Shown here piece after piece: positions 11,979 to 24,800 of a DNA stretch of 64,000 bases. The first letter of the stretch is position 1. Each line of letters starts with the position of its first letter. The DNA is from Geosiphon pyriformis uo1 (taxonomy: Eukaryota; Fungi; Glomeromycota), in contig JAAOMT010000502.1 in assembly GCA_016748015.1 (NCBI GenBank), forward strand, positions 372,001-436,000, in the 5' to 3' direction. The notes beneath the pieces are model-generated. The model was not told the origin of the DNA. It was given only the letters and a program-made list of their open reading frames with translations, and searched no databases. A program made the translations under genes and the position numbers.

Positions 11979-12745
11979 CAGGATTTTTAAATAAAGTGGT
12001 CAAATGGAAGAGATTTACAATTTTGAAGCTTATTCATAATGTAACCATGTGTCACCACCACTATTTTATTAGATCGAATTACAGTGCATCACATATTAAA
12101 TGAAGATCGACTAGTTTTAGGCATTTGTATAATGTCAATTTTACACATTTGGTTTCATTATGTGAGGGGGTTCTTAAACATTTGAAACTCATACCGTTTC
12201 CTTTTTATCGAGAAAGATACCTAACAAGCCAAATAATCAACAATGAACTTGTGTCAATTAGCCGTAATTCCTAACAAAAGATTTAGAGCTTCAAATTTAA
12301 AGCTGTCCTTGAAAGAATGAGAACCCAGTCTTTTTTACATAACAATAAATGATATCAACATTCACTAGAAAAGTTAAGTTGAACAAGGATAATGAGCTTC
12401 TTTCCCATTTGGGCTAGAGCAAAGTTTAATGAGACTTCAGTCTAGCAGGTGATATCAAAATATTTACTTCTTTTATACGAATTGTATGAATTTAGGGTTA
12501 CACTCAGTTCTTTAAAGGAAATTTAACTTAAACCTTAAAAAATTGCGTAACCTCCTACTAGATTATCAACTGGATCGAAAGTACGATGAACAGTATTTAA
12601 TAATTGGGTTGCTATTCCTTTTTTTCTTACCTTACTTTAGCAGCCTTTGCATTTTCGTGATATATACTTTTCGTTCTTCCAGCTCCCCAAAAAAATACTT
12701 ATTTTCTTTTTAAACTGAGAAAAAACTAATAGTCACACGTTTATC

Positions 12746-13297
12746 ATGACTCTCGATACGTTGTTGAGTTACTCTGGTGGGGTATTTGGTCTGATTATCG
12801 TGGGTATTTTAATATTTTAAGTGGATTGCTATATGTATCTGTTTCTCGTTAATATGGAGTTTTAGAGAGTTTTCTCGACCTTTATAGAGACATTGCATAT
12901 TATAAACTTTTATCGTTCTAACAAAACGAGACGAAATTTTATTAATTAAATACACCTTAAATTTATTTTTTCAATAGCTTGTTCTCGACATTGTAGCTAT
13001 TCTTGAAGTGCTTCAAAGTAATCGTACCCCTGGGGGTAAAGTCGGTTGGTCTTTATTAATCTTCGTATTCCCAGTGGTGGGTCTTATCGCTTATTTGTAA
13101 GTATTGTAAATTAGATATCTAATTGAATTGTAGAGAGACTAGGGGAAAATCTAAAATTGCTATTGAATAAAGATGAAAAAGAAAAAGATAACGAAACTTT
13201 GAATGAAATACTAAAAAGATATTATTCTTTTAAATATATTTTTCATAGCTTCCTCTCCGGTCGCACCAGTCACGGACGTTATGAACTTGTGCCATAA
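12746..13297 (+). CDS. 73-aa PLDc_N-like membrane microprotein, paralog of 429-926; exons 12746-12799, 12978-13096, 13249-13297
   Basis: Spliced product MTLDTLLSYSGGVFGLIILVLDIVAILEVLQSNRTPGGKVGWSLLIFVFPVVGLIAYFFLSGRTSHGRYELVP. Exon 2 (119 nt) and exon 3 (49 nt) lengths and phases match the paralog, while the introns have diverged. Confidence 0.87.
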
Positions 13298-13866
13298 AAT
13301 ATGAACGTTAGTTTGTGGGTAGATGAAAGTTAGTAATTGGATTTCTTTGAGAAATGTTGAAAATATAAAAAAGTATCTTATAATCAAATCTGATTTGTAT
13401 TATTCATTTTGGCTAATGTAAATTTGCGTCATCTGTCAAGGTTTCGTAGTTGATATTCAAATAATGTTGGCTTATTACGAAATAAATATCCTTTATTGAT
13501 AACCCAAATAAACCTTTTTAATTGGCGCATTTTAAATTTGATGTGATTCACTATTACTTGAACTTGTGATTTAAAAAAAAGAAATGCTCAAAGGTTTATT
13601 CAGTTCAATTTTTTATCAAGGGTTGTGCATCTATTATCCCTAAAACAGTTATTTTCTTTGGTATGTCTCATTTTTTTTTCCTGACGCCATAACCTTGCCT
13701 TATTAATTGCATCACAACAAAAATCATATTACAACAAATTCTTTTAATTGGCCTTTTGTATAGCTTGCCTTAATTTACGTAAACTTCTCAGAAAGATTTA
13801 TTACATGATTTACTTTAAACATGTTTCAATAAATTCTCGCGTCCTAAGCTTTGCTCAAACTAAATA

Positions 13867-14778
13867 ATGCCATTTATGATGCGACGATTTTTTAGAATTA
13901 ATAACTCTTTATCAAATTCGTCGCCACCATACCTACCTAGTTACTCTGCAAAAAAGATTTGGCAAATTAAAGCAGTATCCGCTTTGGTAACAAAGATACG
14001 TGGTAGTACTGAAAGTTCAAGCATGTTGAAATATAGAATGTTGATGTTGCTTATTGAGAAACCATCAAATGTATGTTTTGAATTTTTCTTAATTCATGCG
14101 TAATATTTGCCTTTTTTGAACTTTGAAATAATATATTTCTTTTTAAATTATTTTTGAAAGATTTTGGCAATAGATCCAGGTAAATTTGTCTGTCGAACTG
14201 TTAAATATAAATCCTTCCTATACTAAGAAGCCTAGTATGATTTCACATTTAATTCGAGAGAATTTTCAGCAACCGTGACATTTCTGAGCGGTGTAATTTA
14301 TTTTATCGTGATTAAAAGAACCAAAATCGATAAAAATTCCAACCAAAACGGAACGAAATCTCTTACTGGTCAAAATTACCGTTCCGAAGTGCCTCTCATT
14401 AAACGCGTCAGAGTGAAAAAATCTAGGCTTCGGTCATCTACAGCTAGATCAACTTTAAAATTTATTGCGGCAATCACTGCGCTTGTATTTGTCGTTGATT
14501 TTTTATTTATTAGGAAGAAATCTCAAGTTTAGAATTAACCTTTAAAGAGAAAAGAGCCATACACTGGATTTATTAATGAAGTAGCAAATCATATAGTTTC
14601 GATGGGAGCTGACGATCGGTTAAATCTTCGAGATTTGAAATATAGTATGAATAAATACATTCTATTTGAGCCAAACCCGTCTCAATGTGAATCTCTGAAT
14701 TGGGTTGAAACTCTGCGTAATAGAATGTACTTTATTAGTGACAAAAGAGGTCGAGAGGTCGCAAGGATACAGAATTAA
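13867..14778 (+). CDS. Hypothetical ~222-aa protein; exons 13867-14070, 14161-14179, 14270-14484, 14548-14778
   Basis: Three GT-AG introns (90, 90, 63 nt) join four open segments in consistent phase, including a 19-nt micro-exon. No family recognised. Confidence 0.55.
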
Positions 14779-16444
14779 TCATAACGTCAAGATTGAAGCC
14801 AAAGGGTTTAGTGAATATGGAAACTAAAAGAAAGTGATGGCTAAATCACTTCATTTAAATGTCGAAACTTTCTTTTTAATTGAAATTTTTGAGCTCGAAT
14901 CTTTTTAAAAAAAGTTCTTGGTTTGCACACCTTAAATTTCAGTTTTTTGAATTTGAATTTAAAGATTTTTGAAATTTGTAAACATTAGTGATTAAAAACC
15001 TCGGGAAATTTGTCCTTTAGAATGGCTGACTTCCTTTTTACCCAAAATAAATTTCCAAATAGCAAGGATATCATTCAACTATTTTTTAATCAATATATAT
15101 ACAGGGGTTCTAAAAATATTTCTCACTTTTTCTAAGGCAATTATTTCAAGACCTGGCTTATTATAACCCACCTCTGGTCACCGCCTGAAAAGTTCGGTTG
15201 GAATAACCAAGTTTCTTGGCATATTTTATGCCTCTATATTAAGTGTCGATTGATATAAAAAATTTGGTATAAAAGCCAGGTAAAAGCTGTGTAAATATGG
15301 AAGATTAAAGAAAATAAAACTTTGCACGTAAAAAACTTTTCAATGTTGTTTTCATTGCTAAACTCTATTTATTGAAACTGTTGGTGAGGCATTTACAAAT
15401 CTTGTAATAGGAATGTTTCAAGAACAAGCCTCCTCTTTTCCATTCTTATAAATGACAAAATTTTGAACTCTCGACAAAATAGGACCTTGGAACAAAAAAC
15501 TGTATGATTTCAAATATATCGATTAAAATTACGCTTTTCATTTGAGAATTAATAAAATTTAAATATATTTAATATAAAAAAATGAAGGGACTCTTGAAAA
15601 TGAAGGTTTTAAATCTTTTGAAACAATCGCTTTTTATAAAATCTAATTAACTATTAAGGTAAATTATTTGCAAAGACTTACTAAAACCAGGAAAAAACTA
15701 TACTTAATGATTTATATATTTTCAAAGTCTTGGACATTGAAAAAATATTACTTAGAATACATTTAGTTATATATCGAATAAAAAAAATGAATAAAAGAAA
15801 ATTTTTTAAATTTTTCAAATTCTTTGAAAGAAATATAAAATATTTCCTTAAAAATAATGGAATAGCAAAATAATGAGCTTTAAAAAAATAAATGTTTTTG
15901 ATAACTCAATCATTTTATTAAATATTTATTGCATATAACTATTACACTAAAAATGCTGCACTATTTTCATTTGTGTGTTTTATTGTTTGTTTTCTTGAAA
16001 TTTTCCAAGTCGCGACATATTGTGAAAAGAATAAAAATTGGTTGTGTATAAAGCTTTTTAGAATTACATACATTCTTGTATAACAAAACTTGATATTCGT
16101 TTTTTTTGCTTGGAGATTAACAAATCTTGAAGGTTTAGTTACTATTCTTGTGTTCATTTTTTGTATTACATCATAGATTAATAATTTAATGTTTATAAGT
16201 TTAAAATATTTATTTTATAGAGATTATAACTTTGGCTAAAATTATTAAATGTTTTTATTAGTTATAATTTTTTATATTATTAATGAACAATTTAAGTTAT
16301 TTCTAAAATGTATAAATTAAAAATAATATTTAATAGTATTATAATTAAATTTTGTAAATATTATGAATTGGGGGTTTTCAATTTCTGATTAATGAAATTA
16401 ATTTTTATATTTTAAAAAATACAAGTTATTATATGTCAATCACA

Positions 16445-16528
16445 GCTGACGTGTCCGAGTGGTCTAAGGAGCCAGACTTAAGATCTGGTATGCGTAAGCA
16501 TGCGTGGGTTCAAACCCCACCGTCAGCA
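16445..16528 (+). tRNA. tRNA-Leu(UAA), intronless, long variable arm
   Basis: Acceptor stem GCTGACG/CGTCAGC; D-arm TCCGAGTGGTCTAAGGA; anticodon arm CCAGA-CTTAAGA-TCTGG; T-arm GTGGG-TTCAAAC-CCCAC; discriminator A. Confidence 0.97.
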
Positions 16529-16879
16529 ATTTCATTTCGTAAGTATATTTCTTAAATGGGAACCTATATCATTTTTTGATTTGTAAAATGCCTAATATAG
16601 TCATATCTCTATATATTAGAACACGGTATCCAAGAACATTAGCTTTAAACTTATGCTTATTAGAAATGTCAGAACCAACGATTATAAATATCCCTCTATA
16701 TGAGAACATTGCACATGATTTAATCACTTGAAAAAGTATTGACCAATACCCATTTTTTGCAGCATATAAATCCGTGACGAGTTTTTAACAAATTTCCAGT
16801 TGACTGTAACGAATTTCGGACTTTCTGAATCGTTGTGATATACGAAGCTACAAAAATGTACCTAAATTAGACAAATCCA

Positions 16880-17960
16880 CAATGTCAAAATTTTGCATGG
16901 AAACGGGATATGGAGAAAAAAGAGGACATCAGCATGTAGCATGTTCAAATTGGTAAGTCCTGATTGACTTTTCGTTATGTGCCGATATCGAATATATACA
17001 TATAAATATAGGTTTTTTCTTTGTAGATATTCTGTATTGTATCAAAATTTCAGAATTATAATCACATTATATTGTTTGAATCCAGACGATAGCATATCAA
17101 GTGTTGCCTTACATAATTAATACTGATCAGGCTAGACATTTAATGGCCTGTTGGGAAGCAGTTTTCGTTTGACCAATTTCCTTTACAAAACAAAGTACCC
17201 CGCTATAAATGATACGCTGTGTAAAGGAAATATATATGCACTCAAAAAATGTGATATCTTTCAACAAGGATATGCACATTTTTTAATACAAAATACCGCG
17301 ACTTAGTATCGACCATTCAACAATATCAAGAAAAAGATGGTTGGCTTAAAATATCTCCGAATGATGTGGCAAATGGAGCTATTCTTAAAGAAAAAGGTAA
17401 ACGGTTTGCAAATCTTTTTGGATTGCCTGAAAAGAGTTAAAGTCTAGCAATAGTCGGGTTGTTAAATTTAAAGCTCGAAATGAAATTTGTTTAAACAAAC
17501 TACACGGAGGCCGCTAGTGCACCAATCAAAAACTAAGATGAAATTTGCAAGGTGTTTTGTCATGCTATGTTAAAGAAGATATCTTCAATGCTGAATAGTT
17601 TCCAACCAAAACATTGGCTAAAAAAAGTTGTGGCATGTTGTTTTGCCTGGATTGCTATTTTATTTTATTTTTAATATATTTTTTAGATTAGGACAAGTTT
17701 TGTCTTGCTGTCCTTTAGCAAATGTTAATTGTAAAGAACAACCAAAACCACTTGTAATTGGACACGCAAAAACCTCTTGTTGCTTCAAAGGCATAAATAT
17801 CAGTTTATTTACAAATGGAATTTGAAAACTTGGATATGAAGAAATATTTGAGAATCTTTGGTTTGAAATATCTTAATGAGGGTTTTGCATTCAACAATTT
17901 TATATTTTATTTTTAGTTGACGATTGTCTTCTCCATACTTAATTATTAATACTTTGTCTA
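16880..17960 (+). mobile_element. pogo/Tigger-like (CENP-B HTH + DDE_1) transposase relic
   Basis: Collinear frame-broken motifs: KYPAIND (~17193), GAILKEK (~17375), KFKARNEI (~17464), LHG (~17500), EDIFNA (~17575), KPLVIGHAK..CFKGIN (~17745), LVDDC (~17913). Boundaries are approximate. Confidence 0.75.
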
Positions 17961-19840
17961 ATAATACTTCTGAAGAAAAAGTTATTGAAATTGAATTAAC
18001 AAGTCCAATAAAAGATCTTCAACATAAAAAAAATTATACAAAACAAAAATCATTTTTATTGACCTATATCATAATTCATTTTCTTTTACTAATTATAATT
18101 AGCTATGTAATATATGAATGTTGAAATCATTAAAAATTTGAATCAATATTATTATTGTTATTTATTAAATTAATTCTACAATAAATTATACAAACTACTG
18201 TTAAAAATTACTAAAAAAAATTTTCAATATTGATGCAAAAATTTCATTTATTTAAATTGAAACTAATAAAATAAAAGTTATAAATTTGAAAAACCAAATT
18301 AATACAACAAAAATACAACAAAGTTTTTTAAATAAATTGAAACTCATATTAAAACAATTAATAATTTAATTTTTATTAAAATATATTAAATGATAAAAAA
18401 TTATTATTGTATAATTAAAACTAATAATAAGCTTAAATTTTAAAAAAAATTCAAATTCTGAAGAAAATAAAAAGCTTTTAAAAAAACAATTTCAAATATG
18501 ACAAATAAGTATTACATAAATTATAATTAATCGTATTTAAAAAGTGCATTTCAATAGATTGTAACTAATATAAATTGTTACATACTTGTAAATTCAAATT
18601 ATATAATTACCACATAATTATAACTTTAAATTATATAATATTAATTTCTTATATTTATATTAATTTACTAAAATAATTTTTTTATCTTTATTTTTATTAT
18701 TATATTTGCAAATGGTTTAAATTTAATTTAGTGGTTTTATATATTGTGTTTTGAAAACGTTATTTATAAATTAATATATTTTATATTAAAGTAAAATAAT
18801 TTTTTTTTTAAAATTATAAATTGTTATTGTTTAAAGTTTTTTTATATTTATAGTATAATTAAAAATTAAAAATTAAAAACAATAATACAAATAATTTTAC
18901 AATAGTATATTTATAAATTTTTAATAATACTTTTTAATTTTGAAAAAGTAAAAAATGTTCATTTTTATTTTTTATATTCAAATCATTTTTTGTCTTTTTA
19001 CGAAATCAACCATTTTATTAGATATAAAGTAAAAATTTTAACTGTTTGCATTTCTTCCAAATAAATAAATAAAACTAAACAATTAAATATATTCTTTTTG
19101 AGATTACTATCTTAAAAAAGCTATATATCAGTTTTATATTTTGCAAATATTAATATAAAAAGAATTTAACATAATTTTAATTTGAGTTCAGAATTATTGT
19201 TCATTATGTTTTATTTAAATTATAAAAATATTGAAGCTAAATTAGTCAATGATTACTTATTATTAATTTTTTACCTTAAAACTCTTTATATGTCAACTAA
19301 AAATTCATTTTTTATAAATATAAGAAACTCCAAATTTATTTATTTTTTTTGGATAAATGTTTTCAATTTTATAGCTCATTATTGCAATTTAGAAAGCTGA
19401 ACAAAACATATAAAAGTTTTTCAGTGAAATTATATAATTTAATAATTATGTTTTGCAAAAAATATGTAGTGAATTAAATAATTAATTGGACGCATTTAAT
19501 CGAGAAATATTCTAAAATAATTTATTTAAATCAAACAACTTTCCATGTTTATTCCTCAAAAGTCATAAATCTCAAGTGGATTTATAATGATTAAAGTAAT
19601 AACAACAAAACTTTTTTCAATACCAATTTTAACAACATAACTTTAAACTCATGCCAATTTATTCATCAAAGAACAATTCAAAATTTTTAAAATATGATGG
19701 ATAAACATATCCTTCTTTTACAAGTTCAACTTCTTTTAGTTTTTTAGAGACTTTTCAAGATTTTTTACCGTTTTCAAAAAACAAGAAATTTAAAAGCTTG
19801 AGCTCAAAATTTTTTAATAATGATGGCTTGAGCTCTTTGT

Positions 19841-20599
19841 TTACAAGTGATCAGTAACAATTTTTGTTCTTACAAAACCTTCTTTTGTTAATTCTTCTCC
19901 AACTCTAAACCTTTCCAACACACCACAGGCAACTTGTAGATTTTCATATAAGATCACAAACAAATTCCCAACGTCCAACTTATGTTCCCAATTTCGCTCT
20001 ATCTTACGATTCTTCGTTCTCACTACATTAATCCCATATTGTGAATTATCTCCCGCCATGAATATCATATCGTTCGTTAGATCAACTACTATTTCACTCC
20101 AATGATCGCAACTATTCTTTCGACTCCTTACTAACAAGTATTTATGTCTATCATTAGGGGCTAATCGAAGTCTTTTTAAGTGTCCCATGATAAATATATG
20201 GTCTTCGACTGAATCAACTTGAGTCTGTGTTTGCAAAAGATTTGAACCTTTAATATTGGCTTTAGTTTGTGGCTTTAATATGTTATGATATAAACGAATC
20301 GACCCGGTAACTGAATAGGAAGTTGAAAAATTTACATTCGCCAAGTGAGTATAGGTCAATTTCTGATTTGTTTCTGAATCTGAAGTTTCCGATGAATTGA
20401 TGATTTGACTTGATGATATATCCAATGAATTACCGATTATATATAGAATGGTGGTGAAACTCAAGATTATTGTAAATATAAATGGGAGAAGTTTGTGACT
20501 TAAAGAGGTTTTTAAAAATTTATCAACTTCACCATTTAAGTGAATGTTAATTTTGAGGTTACTTTGATGACGACTTTTTGACCTTATCGCGGATTTCAT
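19841..20599 (-). CDS. Single-pass (type II) membrane protein with a degenerate Cu/Zn-SOD-like C-terminal domain
   Basis: 252-aa intronless ORF with TM LLPFIFTIILSFTTILYII. C-terminal segments VTGSIRLY, IMGHLKRL...H, NSC, VGNLFVI and VACGVL follow the order of SOD1 beta-strands. The ORF is solid; the fold call is inference. Confidence 0.6.
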   Translation of the reverse strand: MKSAIRSKSRHQSNLKINIHLNGEVDKFLKTSLSHKLLPFIFTIILSFTTILYIIGNSLDISSSQIINSSETSDSETNQKLTYTHLANVNFSTSYSVTGSIRLYHNILKPQTKANIKGSNLLQTQTQVDSVEDHIFIMGHLKRLRLAPNDRHKYLLVRSRKNSCDHWSEIVVDLTNDMIFMAGDNSQYGINVVRTKNRKIERNWEHKLDVGNLFVILYENLQVACGVLERFRVGEELTKEGFVRTKIVTDHL

Positions 20600-21890
20600 G
20601 ATTTTTTGTAAAAAAAGTGCCCTTTATTCTGAGAAAAAGTTCTAGATAATTTGAAATTGAATTTTTTTAAGTGGATTTGCTGGGAATAAACAAATACGAA
20701 AGTATGACATTTTTATAGATTCCGGTTTAGATACTCGGTCAAAACATAAAAACATATTCTCACCAATTGTTTTTGCAGAATCTGGCTATACCAATACTTA
20801 TAAAAGAGAATAAATGAAAGGATAAATTTTTATCCTTTTGCGATTAACGACGACTATGGATATTCAACGAAATAATTCTCTATGAACAACCTGTTTTGGA
20901 GTAGTACAGCAAATACAAAATAGAGATCTTGTATAATGTCCATTTTAATTCTCGTTAAACTGGAGATACGTAATTGACAAAATTCTTATTAACTTGTAAT
21001 AAAATATTTGTCTCAGATATTGTTTCTTAGAAAGTCTTTGAAACAGTAAAAAAAGAGAAACTTGCAAATTTCCTTAATCGAGAAAGATCATTTTAAAGCT
21101 GTACTTTCTTGCTGACTTGGAATCCATTGTAAATAGGAGTCAATGAGCCTATAAAATTTCAGGTGCATGAAGAAATGCCAAGAAAAAAATACAAAATACA
21201 AATATTTATAAACCGAACAAATTTCCGACCTAATCCTGAATCTTGAAATCCCAATCTTATTTATGATTTATTTTTGTAAAGAAATAGGTTGTACACAATT
21301 CATGATCATTAAAAATAATGAAAAAAGTTTTATGATAATTGTTAAATATATTTATAAATATGATTTTGGAATTTAATGATAATAAAATTTTAATAAAATG
21401 CACCTTTGAAAAACTTGAACTGAAAAACCTTGATTTATTTTATATTGTAAAAATGGCTATAAACTAAATTACCGTTAATGTTTGAAATAAAAGCTCTCTT
21501 GAAAATGCTTACATTGAGAAATTATATATTGTAAAAACTTGATTTTTTAATAATCTCATGCTTTTGACAATTTTAAATTTTGAAAAAATCAAGATTTTAA
21601 ATATACATAAAATTTAAGTTTTCAAAAAATAAATCTACTCTTAATATTTCTATAAGTATTAGTTTTTAAAGTAATAAATAAATTATAATTATAAGCATAA
21701 CAGATTTAATTTAGCACAATATATATAATAAATATAATTTGAGTTAAATACTACTGAATTTTTTTCGTTGTTTTAAAAAGTGGAATTGAGCGAATAATAT
21801 TTACAAAATAATTCTAAATTAAATTTTTAAAAGTCGAAATTTTTAAAAAAAAATTGTTATACAATTGTAGCATTATTATCATCTTTAATT

Positions 21891-24800
21891 TAGGGTTGTG
21901 AATTTAACACAATCGATAAATATAAAATTGCCTATCCAATTAGTGGATTAATTTAATTATTTAAATTATCAAAAAAATTATCTATTTGGAATGCCACAAA
22001 GACAAGTAAGAAAAGTTCGTGCCACACGCACAAGAAATATAAAAGGGTTCTCCTGATACACGGATTGCACGCGACCAGACACTCTAGTCAATTCCGACAG
22101 CACAAGATCAACACACAAAAAACTTGCTCCTGTGGCACGTCATTATATGTACACGTACATTCTAAATGTAGAGAACGTGAGTTTAAAAATAAATAGAGTT
22201 TTTGGTTTATGCAAACCAAGTTCAAAATAAAAAGTAAACCAGTTGGGTTGGTGTTGGAAATAAACTATTTCTAATAACATTAATTAAATGAATTTTTGGG
22301 CTTAATGTATATTAACAAAACTTTTCAATTATATGATAAATAATCATAATTGTGGATTTTAATGCAAAATAGTTCCAAAATTTTTTTTCATTTCTTTGGT
22401 CTAATCCTAAAAACACATTTATGCAATTTGAAACCTTATATTTTTACATTTATAAATTAAGCTTTAAAAAGCTAAAATAAATTAATTAGATAATATTATT
22501 TATAATAATTTTGTAGATTATTCATTAATCTTAAACAAATAATTTCTTAAATTTATTTTTTACACATATTGAATATTTTATAATCATATTTTTAATATTT
22601 CAAAATTTATAAAATTAATTTGTTCTTATTTTTGTGAATTGATTATTATCTAGAACCGCTTCTTTGAGTATTAATGATGTGCCTATTTCTGCTGCGAAGC
22701 CTGAAGAGTTACATTATTATTTTGGTATATTTTTGTCTATGGAAGACTTATCTAATTCCTGTTTGACAAAGGCATATTTTGATATCATGTTTTTTACGAA
22801 TTTAGTTTTGAGAAAGGCAGTCTCTAATAAACAATTTCTTTATTTGGTTTCAGCTGTTTTACAATCTATTGTTAATTATAAGACCCAGCTTATTTTTATT
22901 TCTAAAAATGTTTGTAATAAGTGAATTTTACTAGTGAGAAAAAGTTTGAAAGTTAAGAATAATTTATTTAGAGATTTTCTTAGTAATTCTTTGTATTATC
23001 TTTTGTTGTACAGTCTGAAGCCTTTTAAGCAGGTTTAAACCAAAAAAAATGGCTTTGGTGCTAATATTTTCAAATGCTAAAGGCATTCTTGACTGTTTGT
23101 TTGTTTACAGATTAATAAATTTGCAGATCTCTATTGCCATTTCCTATAAAATTAAAAGTTAATTCTGTTAATAATTTTTTGGGTAATATAATAATTTTTT
23201 TGAAATACAATATTTCTCTTAACTATAATTTGTTTACTGCTTTTTATTTTAAGAATAAGATTTTGGTATTTTATAATAATTAAATTACTTAAAAATTTGA
23301 AATTGTGTTTATTAACCAAATATTAAATAGTTATAAAGTCTGTTTTAATTGAAATAAACTTATCATTAAAAAAAATTGAATCTTAAAAATTTTGTTTCTT
23401 ATTAAACATAATTTAATTATATTATTTTTGTTGTTATATTTGAGTATTTATGATATTAATATTTTATTGTAATTAAAACTAGTTTAAAAAAAACTGGTCT
23501 TAAAAAATATTTGGTATTTTCAAATAATTTTATTAAGTAGTTAACTTTTTTTAATATAATTAATAAAGATTATAATATATTTTTTAGATATAAATTTGAA
23601 TATAAAAGTTAGAATACATAATTTTTTATTCTTAATATTGGCTGAATTATAAACAATAATATTAATACTTAAATATATTTTAACTTTAAGTAATATAATT
23701 ATTTGCAAGCATTCTTAAATGTTTGTGTATTTGAAATTCAATTACTTTTTTCTAATTTTTACAATTATTATTAAATTTAAAAATAATATATTAATATTAA
23801 GAAAATATTTTTTATAATAAGCAGTAAAATAATTTTTAGTAATGCTTAATATTTTATTAAAAAAGCTGTTTAAAATTTATTAAATTTTCTGATTAAAAAA
23901 CCAATTACATATTAATATATCTTTAATAAAAAATATTAATTGGCTTAAATTAGTTTTAATTTAGTATTTTAATAATTATTTTAAGACCAAATTCTTAAAT
24001 CATAAAATAACTGGTTTTTAAACTTATTTTATGAAAATATTACATAGAAAATTGTTTGTTATTTTGTAAAAAAAATTGTATAATTTAAAGTATTTTGTAA
24101 TAAATATAATATAAAAAAGTTTTTAATTATGTATTTTTGTGTATTTTAAAATATATTAACAAATAAAAAGCTTAAATTAATGTTGTTTTTGTAAATTACT
24201 CATTTTTTAAATCTTATATAATACTTTAAATACTAGTTTTTTTATATAATTATGATTAAAAGTTTTGTTTTTAAGAAATAGTATAAGAAGTTTTGTAATA
24301 TTTGAAAATTTTAATAAAACTAGTTTGGCTATTGTTAATTTTGTATATAATTTAACAATATATTATAAAAAGAATATTTGGTTATTTAATTCTAAATTAA
24401 GAGTAAAATATAAGAAAAAAAATTTAAAAATAATAATATGTTTATTGTATTAGATATTTATAATTGTGTTATTTTGTTTTAAAAATTTAATTTGTAAAAA
24501 AAAATTATATATAATTTGCTTGTTAACTTTAGTTTTATAATTAGTTTTAGACGTTTTTTTTTAAAATATATAATATTGTTATAAATTTAAGTATCAAATA
24601 AATAGATAACAAGTAAAAAAACCATTAAAAATAACAAAAATATTCAAAAAAAAATTTAATTAAAAGGACAAATTGAATTTTTAAAAATTTAATATAAATA
24701 ATTAGTCTTAAAATTATAGTTATTTAATTTTTTTTGAAAAATTTGAAAATAGAAAAATAGTTTATAATTGTTAATAAGATAATATTATTGTTATAATTTT

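Noticed and set aside
14161-14181. ILAIDPG, a RuvC/TnpB/Fanzor-like catalytic motif
   Set aside because: The final G codon spans a splice donor (G|GTAAAT), so the spliced product reads ILAIDPA. No other RuvC or Zn-finger motifs follow.
15270-15290. TTACCTGGC on the - strand resembling the U1 snRNA 5' end
   Set aside because: No U1-70K loop (GATCAC), U1A loop (ATTGCAC) or Sm site follows.
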